Assembly: GCA_017508105.1 (NCBI GenBank)
Contig: JAFVZP010000038.1
Location: 1-63,240 of the forward strand
Direction: 5' to 3'
Length of the DNA: 63,240 bases
Source: Clostridia bacterium
GTDB lineage: Bacteria > Bacillota > Clostridia > Christensenellales > Borkfalkiaceae
A program made the translations under genes and the position numbers. The stretch's first letter is position 1. Each line of letters starts with the position of its first letter. Under the pieces are notes generated by a model. It saw nothing but the letters and a program-made list of their open reading frames with translations. It did not search any database and was not told where the DNA came from. This document shows, piece after piece, positions 29,033 through 36,696 of this stretch.

Positions 29033-30052
29033 TTATTCCGCCTGTGCCGCCGCCTGCAGAGCGGTAATTGCCACCGTTGCCACGATGTCTGCATCGCAAC
29101 AGCCTCTGGACAGGTCGTTGAGGGGTTTGGCAAAGCCCTGACAGATGGGGCCGACTGCCATGAATCCGCCCAGACGCTCTACCAATTTATAGCCGATGTT
29201 GCCGGCGTTGATGTCGGGGAAGATGAACACGTTTGCCTTGCCGGCAACGTTGGAATCCTTTGCCTTAATGGCAGCGACCTTGGGTACGATGGCGGCGTCG
29301 AATTGGAATTCGCCGTCGATTGCCATATCGGGCGCCTTTGCCTTTGCAAGCGCCGTGGCTTCCTGTACCTTGGTGACGGTATCGTAGAATTTTTTGTCGT
29401 TACCGCTGCCCTTCGTGGAGAAGGAGAGCATGGCAACCCTGGGCTCGATGCCGGCAATGGCTTTTGCCGTCTGTGCCGAGGATACGGCAATATCGCTTAA
29501 CTCCTCTGCGGTGGGGCAAATGCTCAAAGCGCAGTCGCCGAATACGAGTGCGCCGTCGGGAGCAAATTCGTTGCCGCCGTCGGGAGCAATCATCAAAAAG
29601 CAGCTGGAAACGAGCTTGGTGCCGGGCGCCGTTTTGATGACCTGTAAGCCGGGGCGAAGGGTGTTTGCCGTGGAGTGGCAAGCGCCGGATACGTAACCGT
29701 CAACGTCGCCCGCCTTTAACATGAGCGCGCCGAACATGGTTCTGTCCTTGGCTTGTACAAGCGCCTCTTCCTCGGTCATGCCCTTGGATTTTCTGAGCTC
29801 GTATAAAATTTTGGCGTATTCCGCCGTCTTTTCGGACGTTTCGGGGTCAACCACGGTAATGCCCGTCAAGTCTACGTCGGGAACGACCTTCTTGCATTCG
29901 GCTTCGTTGCCGATGAGTACGATTTTGGCGATGCCTTCCTTGGTAACTTGCGCCGCCGCACGTACAACGCGTTCGTCCTCGCCCTCGCAAAGTACGATGG
30001 TCTTATTCGCCGCTTTTGCTCTGTCTTTGATTTGTTGCAATAAATTTGCCAT
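29033..30052 (-). CDS. pta: phosphate acetyltransferase
   Basis: 339 aa, PTA_PTB family (ANKTIVLCEGEDERV...; SDIAVSSA; GPICQGFAKPLNDLSRG). It lies directly upstream of ackA. Confidence 0.95.
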   Translation of the reverse strand: MANLLQQIKDRAKAANKTIVLCEGEDERVVRAAAQVTKEGIAKIVLIGNEAECKKVVPDVDLTGITVVDPETSEKTAEYAKILYELRKSKGMTEEEALVQAKDRTMFGALMLKAGDVDGYVSGACHSTANTLRPGLQVIKTAPGTKLVSSCFLMIAPDGGNEFAPDGALVFGDCALSICPTAEELSDIAVSSAQTAKAIAGIEPRVAMLSFSTKGSGNDKKFYDTVTKVQEATALAKAKAPDMAIDGEFQFDAAIVPKVAAIKAKDSNVAGKANVFIFPDINAGNIGYKLVERLGGFMAVGPICQGFAKPLNDLSRGCCDADIVATVAITALQAAAQAE

Positions 30053-30150
30053 ACTGAAAAAAACCTCCTACGCCAATTGATAATCTTTTCTGCGTATATT
30101 TTCTTTACTTTGAATGAGAAAATTGCTATAATATTTATAATTATACTACT

Positions 30151-31389
30151 ATGTCCTGTAATTGTAAAGCATTTATGAACACAAATCTCTCTTTCAACAA
30201 CTCTAAAATTTGCGCCGTGGTATGCGAATATAACCCCTTCCACAACGGGCACCGCTATCAGCTGGATAAAATACGGCAGGAGAGTGGGTGTGATTTAATC
30301 CTTTGTGTGATGAGCGGGAGCTTCGTACAACGGGGTGAAGCCGCTATTTTGGACAAGCACACGAGGGCCAAGCACGCCGTGCTTGCGGGCGCAGACTGCG
30401 TGGTGGAATTGCCCCTACCCTTTGCCACGGCAAACGCAGAGACCTTTGCCTTGGGCGCTGTTTCGCTGTTAAAGAATATTCCCAACGTAACCACCCTCGC
30501 TTTTGGCTGTGAATGCGGGCATGGTGCCGACTTTTTAAGCGTTGCAAATGTTTTGTTAGAGGAAACGGACGAATTTAAACGGGCGTTAAAAATCGGCTTG
30601 GACGTGGGGCAATCCTTTGCCAAAGCACGCTTTGAGGCGGTAAAAGCCGTGCTGCCCAAGGCGGATGAGCGGCTGTTCTCCTGCCCGAATAACGTGCTTG
30701 GAATTGAGTATACCAAGGCAATTTTAAGACAAAACGCAAATATCTCCGTGCTGCCCATACAGCGTACGGGCGCAGGGTATACCGATACGGTGCTGCAACA
30801 AAATTATTCCTCGGCAACGGCAATTCGAAACGCACTTTTAACCGGAAATACCGCCGAGCTTGCAAGCAACGTGCCGGAATTTGTATTAAACGACTTATGC
30901 CTTGCCCTGAACGGGGAGAGCTACCGACGCCTGGACGGCGCGCAGCATTACGCTTTGTTGACAAAAACAGTAGAAGAAATCGCCAAGGCGCCCGACTGCA
31001 CCGAGGGCTTGGAAAACAAGTTGCAGGCTTTGGCAAAAGAGTATTTTACCGCAGAGAGTGTGCTGAAAGAGGCAACGTCCAAGCGCTATACCTCGGCTCG
31101 CATACGGCGCATACTGCTCGCCAACGCCTTGGGCATAACGCAAGCGTTCGTGCGGCAGGGATTGCAGCAAGCGCCCTATTGCAAGGTGTTGGCGTTACGG
31201 GCGGAAAACTCGGACATGGTACTATCGCTTTTGGCAAATGGCGGTTTGACGCTGTTGACCAGAAAGGGCGACGAAGCCCGCTTGACGGGTTGGGCAAAGG
31301 AGTGCTTTGACCGCACGCACACAGCCGACGGGATTTACAACTCGCTCTGTGGGCGGAATATCAATTTCAACGCCGTACAGTTTATATAA
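30151..31389 (+). CDS. tmcAL: tRNA(Met) cytidine acetate ligase (YlbM/TmcAL nucleotidyltransferase family)
   Basis: The EYNPFHNGH (HxGH-type) motif is near the N-terminus, and length and sequence resemble YlbM. An alternative start lies at 30175 (MNTNLSF). A TGcTATAAT element sits at 30124-30132. Confidence 0.8.
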   Translation: MSCNCKAFMNTNLSFNNSKICAVVCEYNPFHNGHRYQLDKIRQESGCDLILCVMSGSFVQRGEAAILDKHTRAKHAVLAGADCVVELPLPFATANAETFALGAVSLLKNIPNVTTLAFGCECGHGADFLSVANVLLEETDEFKRALKIGLDVGQSFAKARFEAVKAVLPKADERLFSCPNNVLGIEYTKAILRQNANISVLPIQRTGAGYTDTVLQQNYSSATAIRNALLTGNTAELASNVPEFVLNDLCLALNGESYRRLDGAQHYALLTKTVEEIAKAPDCTEGLENKLQALAKEYFTAESVLKEATSKRYTSARIRRILLANALGITQAFVRQGLQQAPYCKVLALRAENSDMVLSLLANGGLTLLTRKGDEARLTGWAKECFDRTHTADGIYNSLCGRNINFNAVQFI

Positions 31390-31433
31390 AAATTGCTTTT
31401 ACGCATAACGCATTATCAAATTGCCAATACTTT

Positions 31434-32288
31434 TTGAGAATGTTCAAACGAGATGATGCGCAAAAAATTCCCTCGCTGTACAAGCGGTTGAAACGAAGAC
31501 AGCGGGAACATAAATCCACCTTTTGGCTGTACTTTATCCTGCGCCTCTTGGTAGCGGTATTGGCAATTATTGCCCTGTTTTTGGGCGATTTTCCCACTCT
31601 TACCTTTTGCGTGGTCAGCCTGCTCCTCTTTTTACTGCCCTTCGCCGTGGAGGAGTTTTTTCAAATTGAACTGCCCGCAACGCTGGAAATTATCATTCTG
31701 CTGTTCATTTTTTGCTCGCAGGTTTTAGGGGAAGCGGCGTCCTTTTACGTCAACGTACCACTTTGGGACAGCATTTTACACACCGTCAACGGCTTTTTAT
31801 GCGCCGCCATCGGCTTTTCGCTCATTGATATTTTAAATAAAAAGAAGAAGAAAATCACCCTCTCTCCCCTCTTTTTAACCGTGCTTGCCTTTTGTTTTTC
31901 CATGACCGTAGGCGTGCTTTGGGAATTTTTTGAGTTTTTTATGGATAAGGTAATGCATACCGATATGCAGAAGGATTTTCTGCTCTCCACCCTGCGCACG
32001 GTATTTCTCGACGAAAGCCGTTCCAACGTCGTTATTACCGTTAAAAACATAGCCAAAACCGTGCTGTACGGCGAAAACGGCGAGGTGCTTGCCGTCATTG
32101 AGGGCGGATTTTTAGACGTGGGCGTCATTGATACCATGAAGGATTTGCTCTTGAATTTTGTGGGCGCAATCGTCTTTTGTATCATTGGATACTGTTACGT
32201 TTTAAACAAGGGCGATGGGAAATTTGCCCGTCAGTTTATCCCCACCGTCAACCGTGAAAACACCAAAAAAAATAAGTCCGACCCATAA
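31434..32288 (+). CDS. uncharacterised integral membrane protein (possibly YjdF/DUF2238-like)
   Basis: 284 aa with about six hydrophobic helices and a basic N-terminus. No catalytic motif is recognised. The family assignment is tentative. Confidence 0.6.
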   Translation: MRMFKRDDAQKIPSLYKRLKRRQREHKSTFWLYFILRLLVAVLAIIALFLGDFPTLTFCVVSLLLFLLPFAVEEFFQIELPATLEIIILLFIFCSQVLGEAASFYVNVPLWDSILHTVNGFLCAAIGFSLIDILNKKKKKITLSPLFLTVLAFCFSMTVGVLWEFFEFFMDKVMHTDMQKDFLLSTLRTVFLDESRSNVVITVKNIAKTVLYGENGEVLAVIEGGFLDVGVIDTMKDLLLNFVGAIVFCIIGYCYVLNKGDGKFARQFIPTVNRENTKKNKSDP

Positions 32289-32304
32289 AAGTCGGACTTT
32301 TTTG
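32274..32304. terminator. bidirectional rho-independent terminator
   Basis: Stem aagtccgac / gtcggactt followed by ttttt. It overlaps the last codons of the membrane-protein gene and lies just downstream of convergent galE. Confidence 0.6.
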
Positions 32305-32305
32305 C

Positions 32306-33322
32306 TTATTTTTCGTACCCGTTGGGGTTTTTGCTCTGCCAATTCCACTGCGAAGCGCACATCTCCTCGATGCCGAATTTCGCCTCCCATTTGAGCTCGG
32401 CTTTTGCCTTTTCGGGCGAGGCGTAGCAGGCGGCGATGTCTCCGCTGCGACGGGGCGCGATGCGATAGGGCAAGGTCTTGCCGCAGGCCTTTTCAAAGGC
32501 GTGAATCATATCCAAAACGCTGTAACCCTTACCCGTGCCGAGGTTATAGGTGTACACGCCGTTGGCTTGAATTTGCTCGATGGCTTGAATGTGTCCGATG
32601 GCGAGGTCGACGACGTGAATATAGTCGCGCACCCCCGTGCCGTCGGGCGTGGGATAGTCGTTGCCGAATACGCTGATTTGCTGCAGCTTTCCGCTGGCGA
32701 CCTGCGCAACGTAGGGCATCAAGTTGTTGGGAATACCGTTGGGGTCCTCGCCTATCATGCCGCTTTCATGCGCGCCGACGGGGTTGAAATAGCGCAAGAG
32801 TACGATTTTCCACTCCTTATCCGCCTTGTAGATATCCCGAAAAATATCCTCTTGCATGAGCTTGGTGGCGCCGTAGGGATTGGTTGTACTCAAACGGCAA
32901 TTTTCGTCGATGGGCAGGCGTTCGGGGTCGCCGTAAACGGTTGCAGACGAGCTGAATACGATGCTCTTGACGTTGTGCGCGGTCATAACCTCCAACAGCG
33001 TGAGCGTGCCGCCAATGTTGTTCTGATAGTATAAAAGCGGTTTTTGACAGCTCTCGCCCACTGCCTTTAAGCCGGCGAAGTGAATGACGTTGGAAATTTC
33101 GTTCTCCGAAAAGATTTTTTCCAATGCCGCCTTATCGCAAATATCCGCCTGATAAAACTGAACGGTTTTACCCGTGATTTTTTCCACACGGCGCAAGCTC
33201 TCCGCCGAGGAATTGCAGAGATTATCCACGACGATGACCTTATAATTTCTGTTTAACAGCTCCACCACGGTATGACTGCCGATAAAGCCGGCGCCGCCCG
33301 TGACCAAAATACTCTTTTGCAT
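32306..33322 (-). CDS. galE: UDP-glucose 4-epimerase
   Basis: 338 aa with the GGAGFIGSH Rossmann motif, SSSATVYG, and YGATK (YxxxK). Confidence 0.95.
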   Translation of the reverse strand: MQKSILVTGGAGFIGSHTVVELLNRNYKVIVVDNLCNSSAESLRRVEKITGKTVQFYQADICDKAALEKIFSENEISNVIHFAGLKAVGESCQKPLLYYQNNIGGTLTLLEVMTAHNVKSIVFSSSATVYGDPERLPIDENCRLSTTNPYGATKLMQEDIFRDIYKADKEWKIVLLRYFNPVGAHESGMIGEDPNGIPNNLMPYVAQVASGKLQQISVFGNDYPTPDGTGVRDYIHVVDLAIGHIQAIEQIQANGVYTYNLGTGKGYSVLDMIHAFEKACGKTLPYRIAPRRSGDIAACYASPEKAKAELKWEAKFGIEEMCASQWNWQSKNPNGYEK

Positions 33323-33349
33323 AGCAGTATCTCCTTTTCTTATGCGTAC

Positions 33350-33378
33350 AGTATACTCTTTTTCTCCCTTTTTGTCAA
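33350..33378 (-). promoter_or_regulatory. sigma-A promoter of galE (TTGACA-N17-TATACT)
   Basis: Minus strand: ttgaca (33378-33373), a 17-nt spacer, tatact (33355-33350). Confidence 0.55.
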
Positions 33379-33429
33379 GGGGATTTTTTGCCTTTGCTCC
33401 GGACGGCTACGCCCGCCGCCCGACGCTGC

Positions 33430-34131
33430 TCAGGAAAAAAACTCCTCTCTGTCCAGGCAGCGGCGCAGCTTTTCAATGGCGCGCTTTTCGATGCGGGAGA
33501 TGTACGAACGGGAAATTTGCAGCATCTTTGCTACCTCACGCTGGGGCAGAGGTACGCCGCCCTTTAAGCCGTAGCGCAGGGATACGATGGTATATTCCCT
33601 GTCGGTCAAATGCTTTTTCAACAGACGAATGAATTTTTCCTGCACCAGACTTCGGTCAACCTTATCGAACACGCAGTCCTCTTTTTCAAAGAGTAAATCC
33701 ATTAAGGTCAGCTCGTTCCCCTCCTTATCCATGCCCACGGGATCGGAGAGGGAGAGTGTGTTTTTGTGCTTTTTATTGGCACGGATGAGCATGAGAATTT
33801 CATTCTCGATGCAACGGGCGGTGTAGCTGGCAAGAGCGGTACCATGCCCGAGTTCATAGGTATTTATCGCCTTGATAAGTCCGATGGAACCGACCGAGAT
33901 TAAATCGTCCGTTTCGGCGGCGCCGGCGTACTTTTTGACGATGTGCGCCACCAAGCGCATGTTGTGCCGAACCAAGATATCCTTGGCCTGCTTGTTGCCC
34001 GCTTTGGCAAGCTTTAAGTAGCGTTCCTCATCCTCTTTAGACAGCGGCTTTGGAAAGGAGTTCTTGCCCATGACCGCACCCGTAAAAAACACCAATTTGG
34101 AAAACAACGCATATAAGAAATCGAAAATCAT
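33430..34131 (-). CDS. sigK: sporulation sigma factor, pro-sigma-K type
   Basis: 233 aa. The hydrophobic pro-sequence is followed by NSFPKPLSKEDE...LVAHIVKKY, closely paralleling B. subtilis sigma-K (NAFPQPLS...LVAHIVKKF). Regions 2 and 4 are present (ISRSYISRIEKRA). The gene is uninterrupted (no skin-like insertion) and not next to spoIIGA or sigG. Confidence 0.8.
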   Translation of the reverse strand: MIFDFLYALFSKLVFFTGAVMGKNSFPKPLSKEDEERYLKLAKAGNKQAKDILVRHNMRLVAHIVKKYAGAAETDDLISVGSIGLIKAINTYELGHGTALASYTARCIENEILMLIRANKKHKNTLSLSDPVGMDKEGNELTLMDLLFEKEDCVFDKVDRSLVQEKFIRLLKKHLTDREYTIVSLRYGLKGGVPLPQREVAKMLQISRSYISRIEKRAIEKLRRCLDREEFFS

Positions 34132-34154
34132 ACCCCTATCACCTCACAGTTTTA

Positions 34155-34183
34155 TAAGGTATGAAAAAGACGGTTTGTACTAT
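34155..34183 (-). promoter_or_regulatory. candidate mother-cell (sigma-E/sigma-K type) promoter upstream of sigK
   Basis: Minus strand: ATA-N17-CATACCTTA. This fits the sigma-E pattern ATA-N16-18-CATACA-T, and the -10 also fits sigma-K CATAnnnTA. The match is by eye only. Confidence 0.35.
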
Positions 34184-34252
34184 TACCAAAATAGAAAAAT
34201 TGAGGAAATTTCCTTTTTTTGATAAAAAAGTATATATTTTTTTTAAAGAGTG

Positions 34253-34261
34253 TGCTATAAT
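34253..34261 (+). promoter_or_regulatory. extended -10 promoter (TGcTATAAT) of rnpB
   Basis: tgctataat ends 8 nt before the predicted first base of the RNase P RNA P1 helix. Confidence 0.5.
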
Positions 34262-34269
34262 AGAGAGGA

Positions 34270-34616
34270 TTCAAGACGGTTATACGGTCGCGGGGCGCTA
34301 TATGCGTCATGAGGAAAGTCCGAGCATCGCAGGGCAGGACGCCTGCTAACGGCAGGTGAAGGCGACTTTAAGGAAAGTGCAACAGAAATAAACCGCCGCA
34401 ATTTTTTGCGGTAAGGATGGAAAGGCGAGGTAAGAGCTCACCGTCGGAATGGTAACATTCCGAGCCATGTAAACCCCGTCCGATGCAAGATTGGGATATC
34501 TTCACGTAGGGTTGCCCGCCCGAGGGTATCCGTGAATATCGCTTGAGCCCGTCGGCGACGGCGGGTCTAGATAGATGACCGTACACGACAGAACTCGGCT
34601 TACAGACCGTCTTGAA
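34270..34616 (+). ncRNA. rnpB: RNase P RNA (bacterial type A)
   Basis: Universal motifs GAGGAAAGTCCGAGC, AGGAAAGTGCAACAGAAA, GGTAAGAGCTCACC and ACAGAACTCGGCTTACAG are present. The terminal P1 pairing is ttcaagacggt (34270-34280) with accgtcttgaa (34606-34616). Length is about 347 nt. Confidence 0.88.
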
Positions 34617-34686
34617 TTATTTTGATATAAACCGACGAAGGGTTTTTCGCCGTTTATAAATATAAAAAAGGTACATAAGTGAACGT

Positions 34687-36111
34687 ATGGAAAGCATGCA
34701 ACAAAAGACAACCGAACGGGAAAAATTAGGCAGCCGTTTGGGCTTTATTTTACTGAGCGCCGGCTGCGCCATTGGCGTTGGAAACGTGTGGAAATTCCCC
34801 TGGATGGTAGGACAGCACGGCGGGGGGCTATTCGTTTTAATCTATCTCTTTTTCCTTTTGAGTATGGGCATACCCATCATGACCATGGAATTTTCTTTGG
34901 GTAGAGCCAGCCAAAAAAGCCCCGTCAAGCTCTATCAGGCCTTGGCGCCCAAGGGCAGCCATTGGCACATTCACGGAATCTTAGCATACCTCGGCAATAT
35001 CATATTGATGATGTTCTACACCACGGTTACCGGTTGGATGCTTATTTATTTTATGAAAAGTCTTATAGGCGACTTTGTGGGAGTGGAAAATGCCGTAAGC
35101 GGCAACGCCACTACGGCGATTCCGGAAATGTTCGGTCAAATGCTCGCCGATCCTTGGATACAGCTCATTGCCATGGGAATCGTTGTGGCAGTCGCTTGCA
35201 TTGTATGCAGCTTGGGTGTAAAAAAGAGCTTGGAAAAGGTTACTAAATTTATGATGGTTGCCCTGCTCGTGATTATGGTGGGCATCGCCATCTACGGATT
35301 TACCTTACCGGGCGCAGGCGCAGGCTTGAAATTTTACCTCATACCCGACTTTGAGGTTATGGCACAGCAGAACATCACCTTATTCGATATCATTGTGGGT
35401 GCAATGAGTCAAGCGTTTTTCACGCTCAGCTTGGGCATTGGCAGTATGGCGATTTTCGGAAGCTACATTGATAAGGAGCGCTCGCTCTTCGGTGAAGCTA
35501 TCAACGTTGCGCTGTTGGATACCTTCGTGGCGATTGTTGCGGGCTTGATTATTTTCCCCGCTTGCTTTACTTATAATAACGGTCAGGTCGATGCCGGACC
35601 GGCACTCATCTTCCAGACCATACCCAGCATCTTCAACGCCATGGGTATTGTAGGACAAATTTTGGGCAGCTTTTTCTTCCTATTCCTGCTCTTTGCCGCA
35701 CTCTCCACAGTATTTGCCGTCTTTGAAAATATCATTGCCTGCACCCAGGAGTTAATCGGCGGAAACAGAAAATTGATATGCGTCCTCTGCGGCGTAGGAC
35801 TCTTTATCCTCTCCATTCCCTGCATTTTGGGCTATAACGTATGGTCGGGCTTCGCCCCCTTCGGCGAGGGTACGGCGGTGCTGGATTTAGAGGACTTCAT
35901 CGTATCCACCTTGCTGTTGCCCATCGGCTCGTTGGTATTTACGCTGTTCTGCGTGTTGAAATGCGGTTGGGGCTACGACAATTTCGTAAAAGAAGCAAAC
36001 ACCGGCAAAGGCATAAAAATCCAGTCTTGGATGAAAGTGTATATCAAGTATATTTTGCCCGTACTCCTCACCGTCTTTGTGGGTATCAGTATCGTAACCT
36101 TCTTTTTATAA
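34687..36111 (+). CDS. sodium-dependent transporter, neurotransmitter:sodium symporter (NSS/SNF) family
   Basis: 474 aa with about 11-12 TM helices and the N-terminal signature RLGFILLSAGCAIGVGNVWKFPW typical of bacterial NSS proteins. Confidence 0.9.
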   Translation: MESMQQKTTEREKLGSRLGFILLSAGCAIGVGNVWKFPWMVGQHGGGLFVLIYLFFLLSMGIPIMTMEFSLGRASQKSPVKLYQALAPKGSHWHIHGILAYLGNIILMMFYTTVTGWMLIYFMKSLIGDFVGVENAVSGNATTAIPEMFGQMLADPWIQLIAMGIVVAVACIVCSLGVKKSLEKVTKFMMVALLVIMVGIAIYGFTLPGAGAGLKFYLIPDFEVMAQQNITLFDIIVGAMSQAFFTLSLGIGSMAIFGSYIDKERSLFGEAINVALLDTFVAIVAGLIIFPACFTYNNGQVDAGPALIFQTIPSIFNAMGIVGQILGSFFFLFLLFAALSTVFAVFENIIACTQELIGGNRKLICVLCGVGLFILSIPCILGYNVWSGFAPFGEGTAVLDLEDFIVSTLLLPIGSLVFTLFCVLKCGWGYDNFVKEANTGKGIKIQSWMKVYIKYILPVLLTVFVGISIVTFFL

Positions 36112-36222
36112 TGTAATATAGGAAAAAAACGGACAGATGCGTTTATACGCATCTGTCCGTTTTTGCATTAAAATAATCTCATCCATTTCTTCTACTAATG
36201 CATTATTTTTATATTTATCCAT
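36106..36222 (-). CDS. possible small ORF (38 aa) with a near-ideal ribosome-binding site
   Basis: AAGGAG (36235-36230), a 7-nt spacer, then ATG at 36222. Translation: MDKYKNNALVEEMDEIILMQKRTDAYKRICPFFSYITL. The ORF is too short for the supplied ORF track. Its 3' half runs through the terminator hairpin of the convergent transporter gene, which argues for caution. Confidence 0.25.
   Translation of the reverse strand: MDKYKNNALVEEMDEIILMQKRTDAYKRICPFFSYITL
36129..36165. terminator. rho-independent terminator (13-bp perfect stem)
   Basis: acggacagatgcg-tttata-cgcatctgtccgt followed by ttttt, and preceded by an A-run, so it can act in both directions. Confidence 0.7.
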
Positions 36223-36259
36223 AATATTTCTCCTTAATTTTTAAATCCTGAAAACGGCG

Positions 36260-36288
36260 TTGACAGTTTTATTTCACCTTTTGGTAAT
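36260..36288 (+). promoter_or_regulatory. possible plus-strand promoter (TTGACA-N17-GGTAAT) pointing into the repeat region
   Basis: Perfect -35 hexamer at 36260-36265. The -10 is only 4/6. A start here would coincide with the beginning of repeat copy 1. Confidence 0.3.
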
Positions 36289-36332
36289 ACGCCCTTCGAG
36301 TGTTTACTACCTCCACCAAAAAAAAAGACGCC
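36289..36332. repeat. repeat copy 1 (about 44 nt), an inverted degenerate copy of the tRNA-Ala 3' half plus A-tract/GACGCC
   Basis: Plus strand: acgcccttcgagtgtttACTACCTCCACCAAaaaaaaagacgcc. The capitalised 14-mer is the exact reverse complement of 36521-36534, which is the tRNA-Ala 3' end. Confidence 0.75.
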
Positions 36333-36457
36333 CCTCTGGGACAATAAATCGTAGTCGGAGTCTGCCACGCAAGGTGGCAGAGTGTCCTCGCTCGCATACT
36401 CTCGCGGTTTTTGTTCCTCTTTACTCTTTCTCGCTCGTCGCGCGAACAGGCGGGAAC

Positions 36458-36502
36458 ACGCCCTTCGAGTGTTTACTACCTCCACCAACGAAAAAAGACG
36501 CC
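36458..36502. repeat. repeat copy 2 (about 45 nt), same unit 169 nt from copy 1, sharing a terminator hairpin with tRNA-Ala
   Basis: Plus strand: acgcccttcgagtgtttACTACCTCCACCAAcgaaaaaagacgcc. It is identical to copy 1 over 31 nt. Its GACGCC is one arm of the hairpin gacgcc-taaaa-ggcgtc (36497-36513) that terminates the convergent tRNA-Ala gene. Confidence 0.75.
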
Positions 36503-36521
36503 TAAAAGGCGTCCTTTTTTT

Positions 36522-36597
36522 TGGTGGAGGTAGTCGGAGTCGAACCGGCGACCTTTTGAATGCCATTCAAACGCTCTACCAAATGAGCTATACCCCC
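36522..36597 (-). tRNA. tRNA-Ala (anticodon GGC), CCA encoded
   Basis: Minus strand: GGGGGTA TA GCTC ATTTGGTA GAGC G TTTGA ATGGCAT TCAAA AGGTC GCCGG TTCGACT CCGAC TACCTCC ACCA. It folds as a cloverleaf with the G3:U70 alanine identity pair. One C50-A64 mismatch is present in the T stem. Confidence 0.88.
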
Positions 36598-36630
36598 AAA
36601 ATACGGTAACGGAAAATTTATTACCGTATT

Positions 36631-36659
36631 ATTATATCTTTATTTTTTTTGTTTGTCAA
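36631..36659 (-). promoter_or_regulatory. perfect consensus sigma-A promoter of tRNA-Ala (TTGACA-N17-TATAAT)
   Basis: Minus strand: ttgaca (36659-36654), a 17-nt spacer, tataat (36636-36631). A leader of about 33 nt contains the 9-bp hairpin atacggtaa/ttaccgtat (36601-36629). Confidence 0.6.
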
Positions 36660-36696
36660 GCGTGATTTACGTCTTTTTTACAATTCGCAGATCAAG

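Noticed and set aside
34161-34711. ORFs 34161-34349(+), 34368-34586(-) and 34502-34711(-).
   Set aside because: They overlap the RNase P RNA gene, which explains the region fully.
36289-36502. CRISPR array.
   Set aside because: Only two repeat copies are present, with a 124-nt spacer. The repeats derive from tRNA sequence, and there are no cas genes in the window.
36289-36521. T-box riboswitch, since UGGUGG... is complementary to a tRNA 3' end.
   Set aside because: There is no conserved T-box sequence (AAnnnGGGUGGnACCGCG), no Stem I/specifier architecture, and no aminoacyl-tRNA synthetase or amino-acid gene downstream. In addition, 14 nt of complementarity is far more than the 4-nt NCCA pairing that T-boxes use.
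36289-36521. tmRNA (ssrA) or two-piece tmRNA, because of the tRNA-Ala-like ...ACCUCCACCA end.
   Set aside because: There is no matching 5' acceptor strand at the appropriate distance, no proper T stem (GCCC/GTTT do not pair), and no tag reading frame ending in ...LAA-stop.
36234-36609. ORFs 36234-36566(-), 36260-36505(+) and 36382-36609(+) across the tRNA-Ala/repeat region.
   Set aside because: They run through a tRNA gene, terminator hairpins and direct repeats. They have no RBS and give Arg/Ser/Pro-rich translations, so the region is better explained as non-coding.
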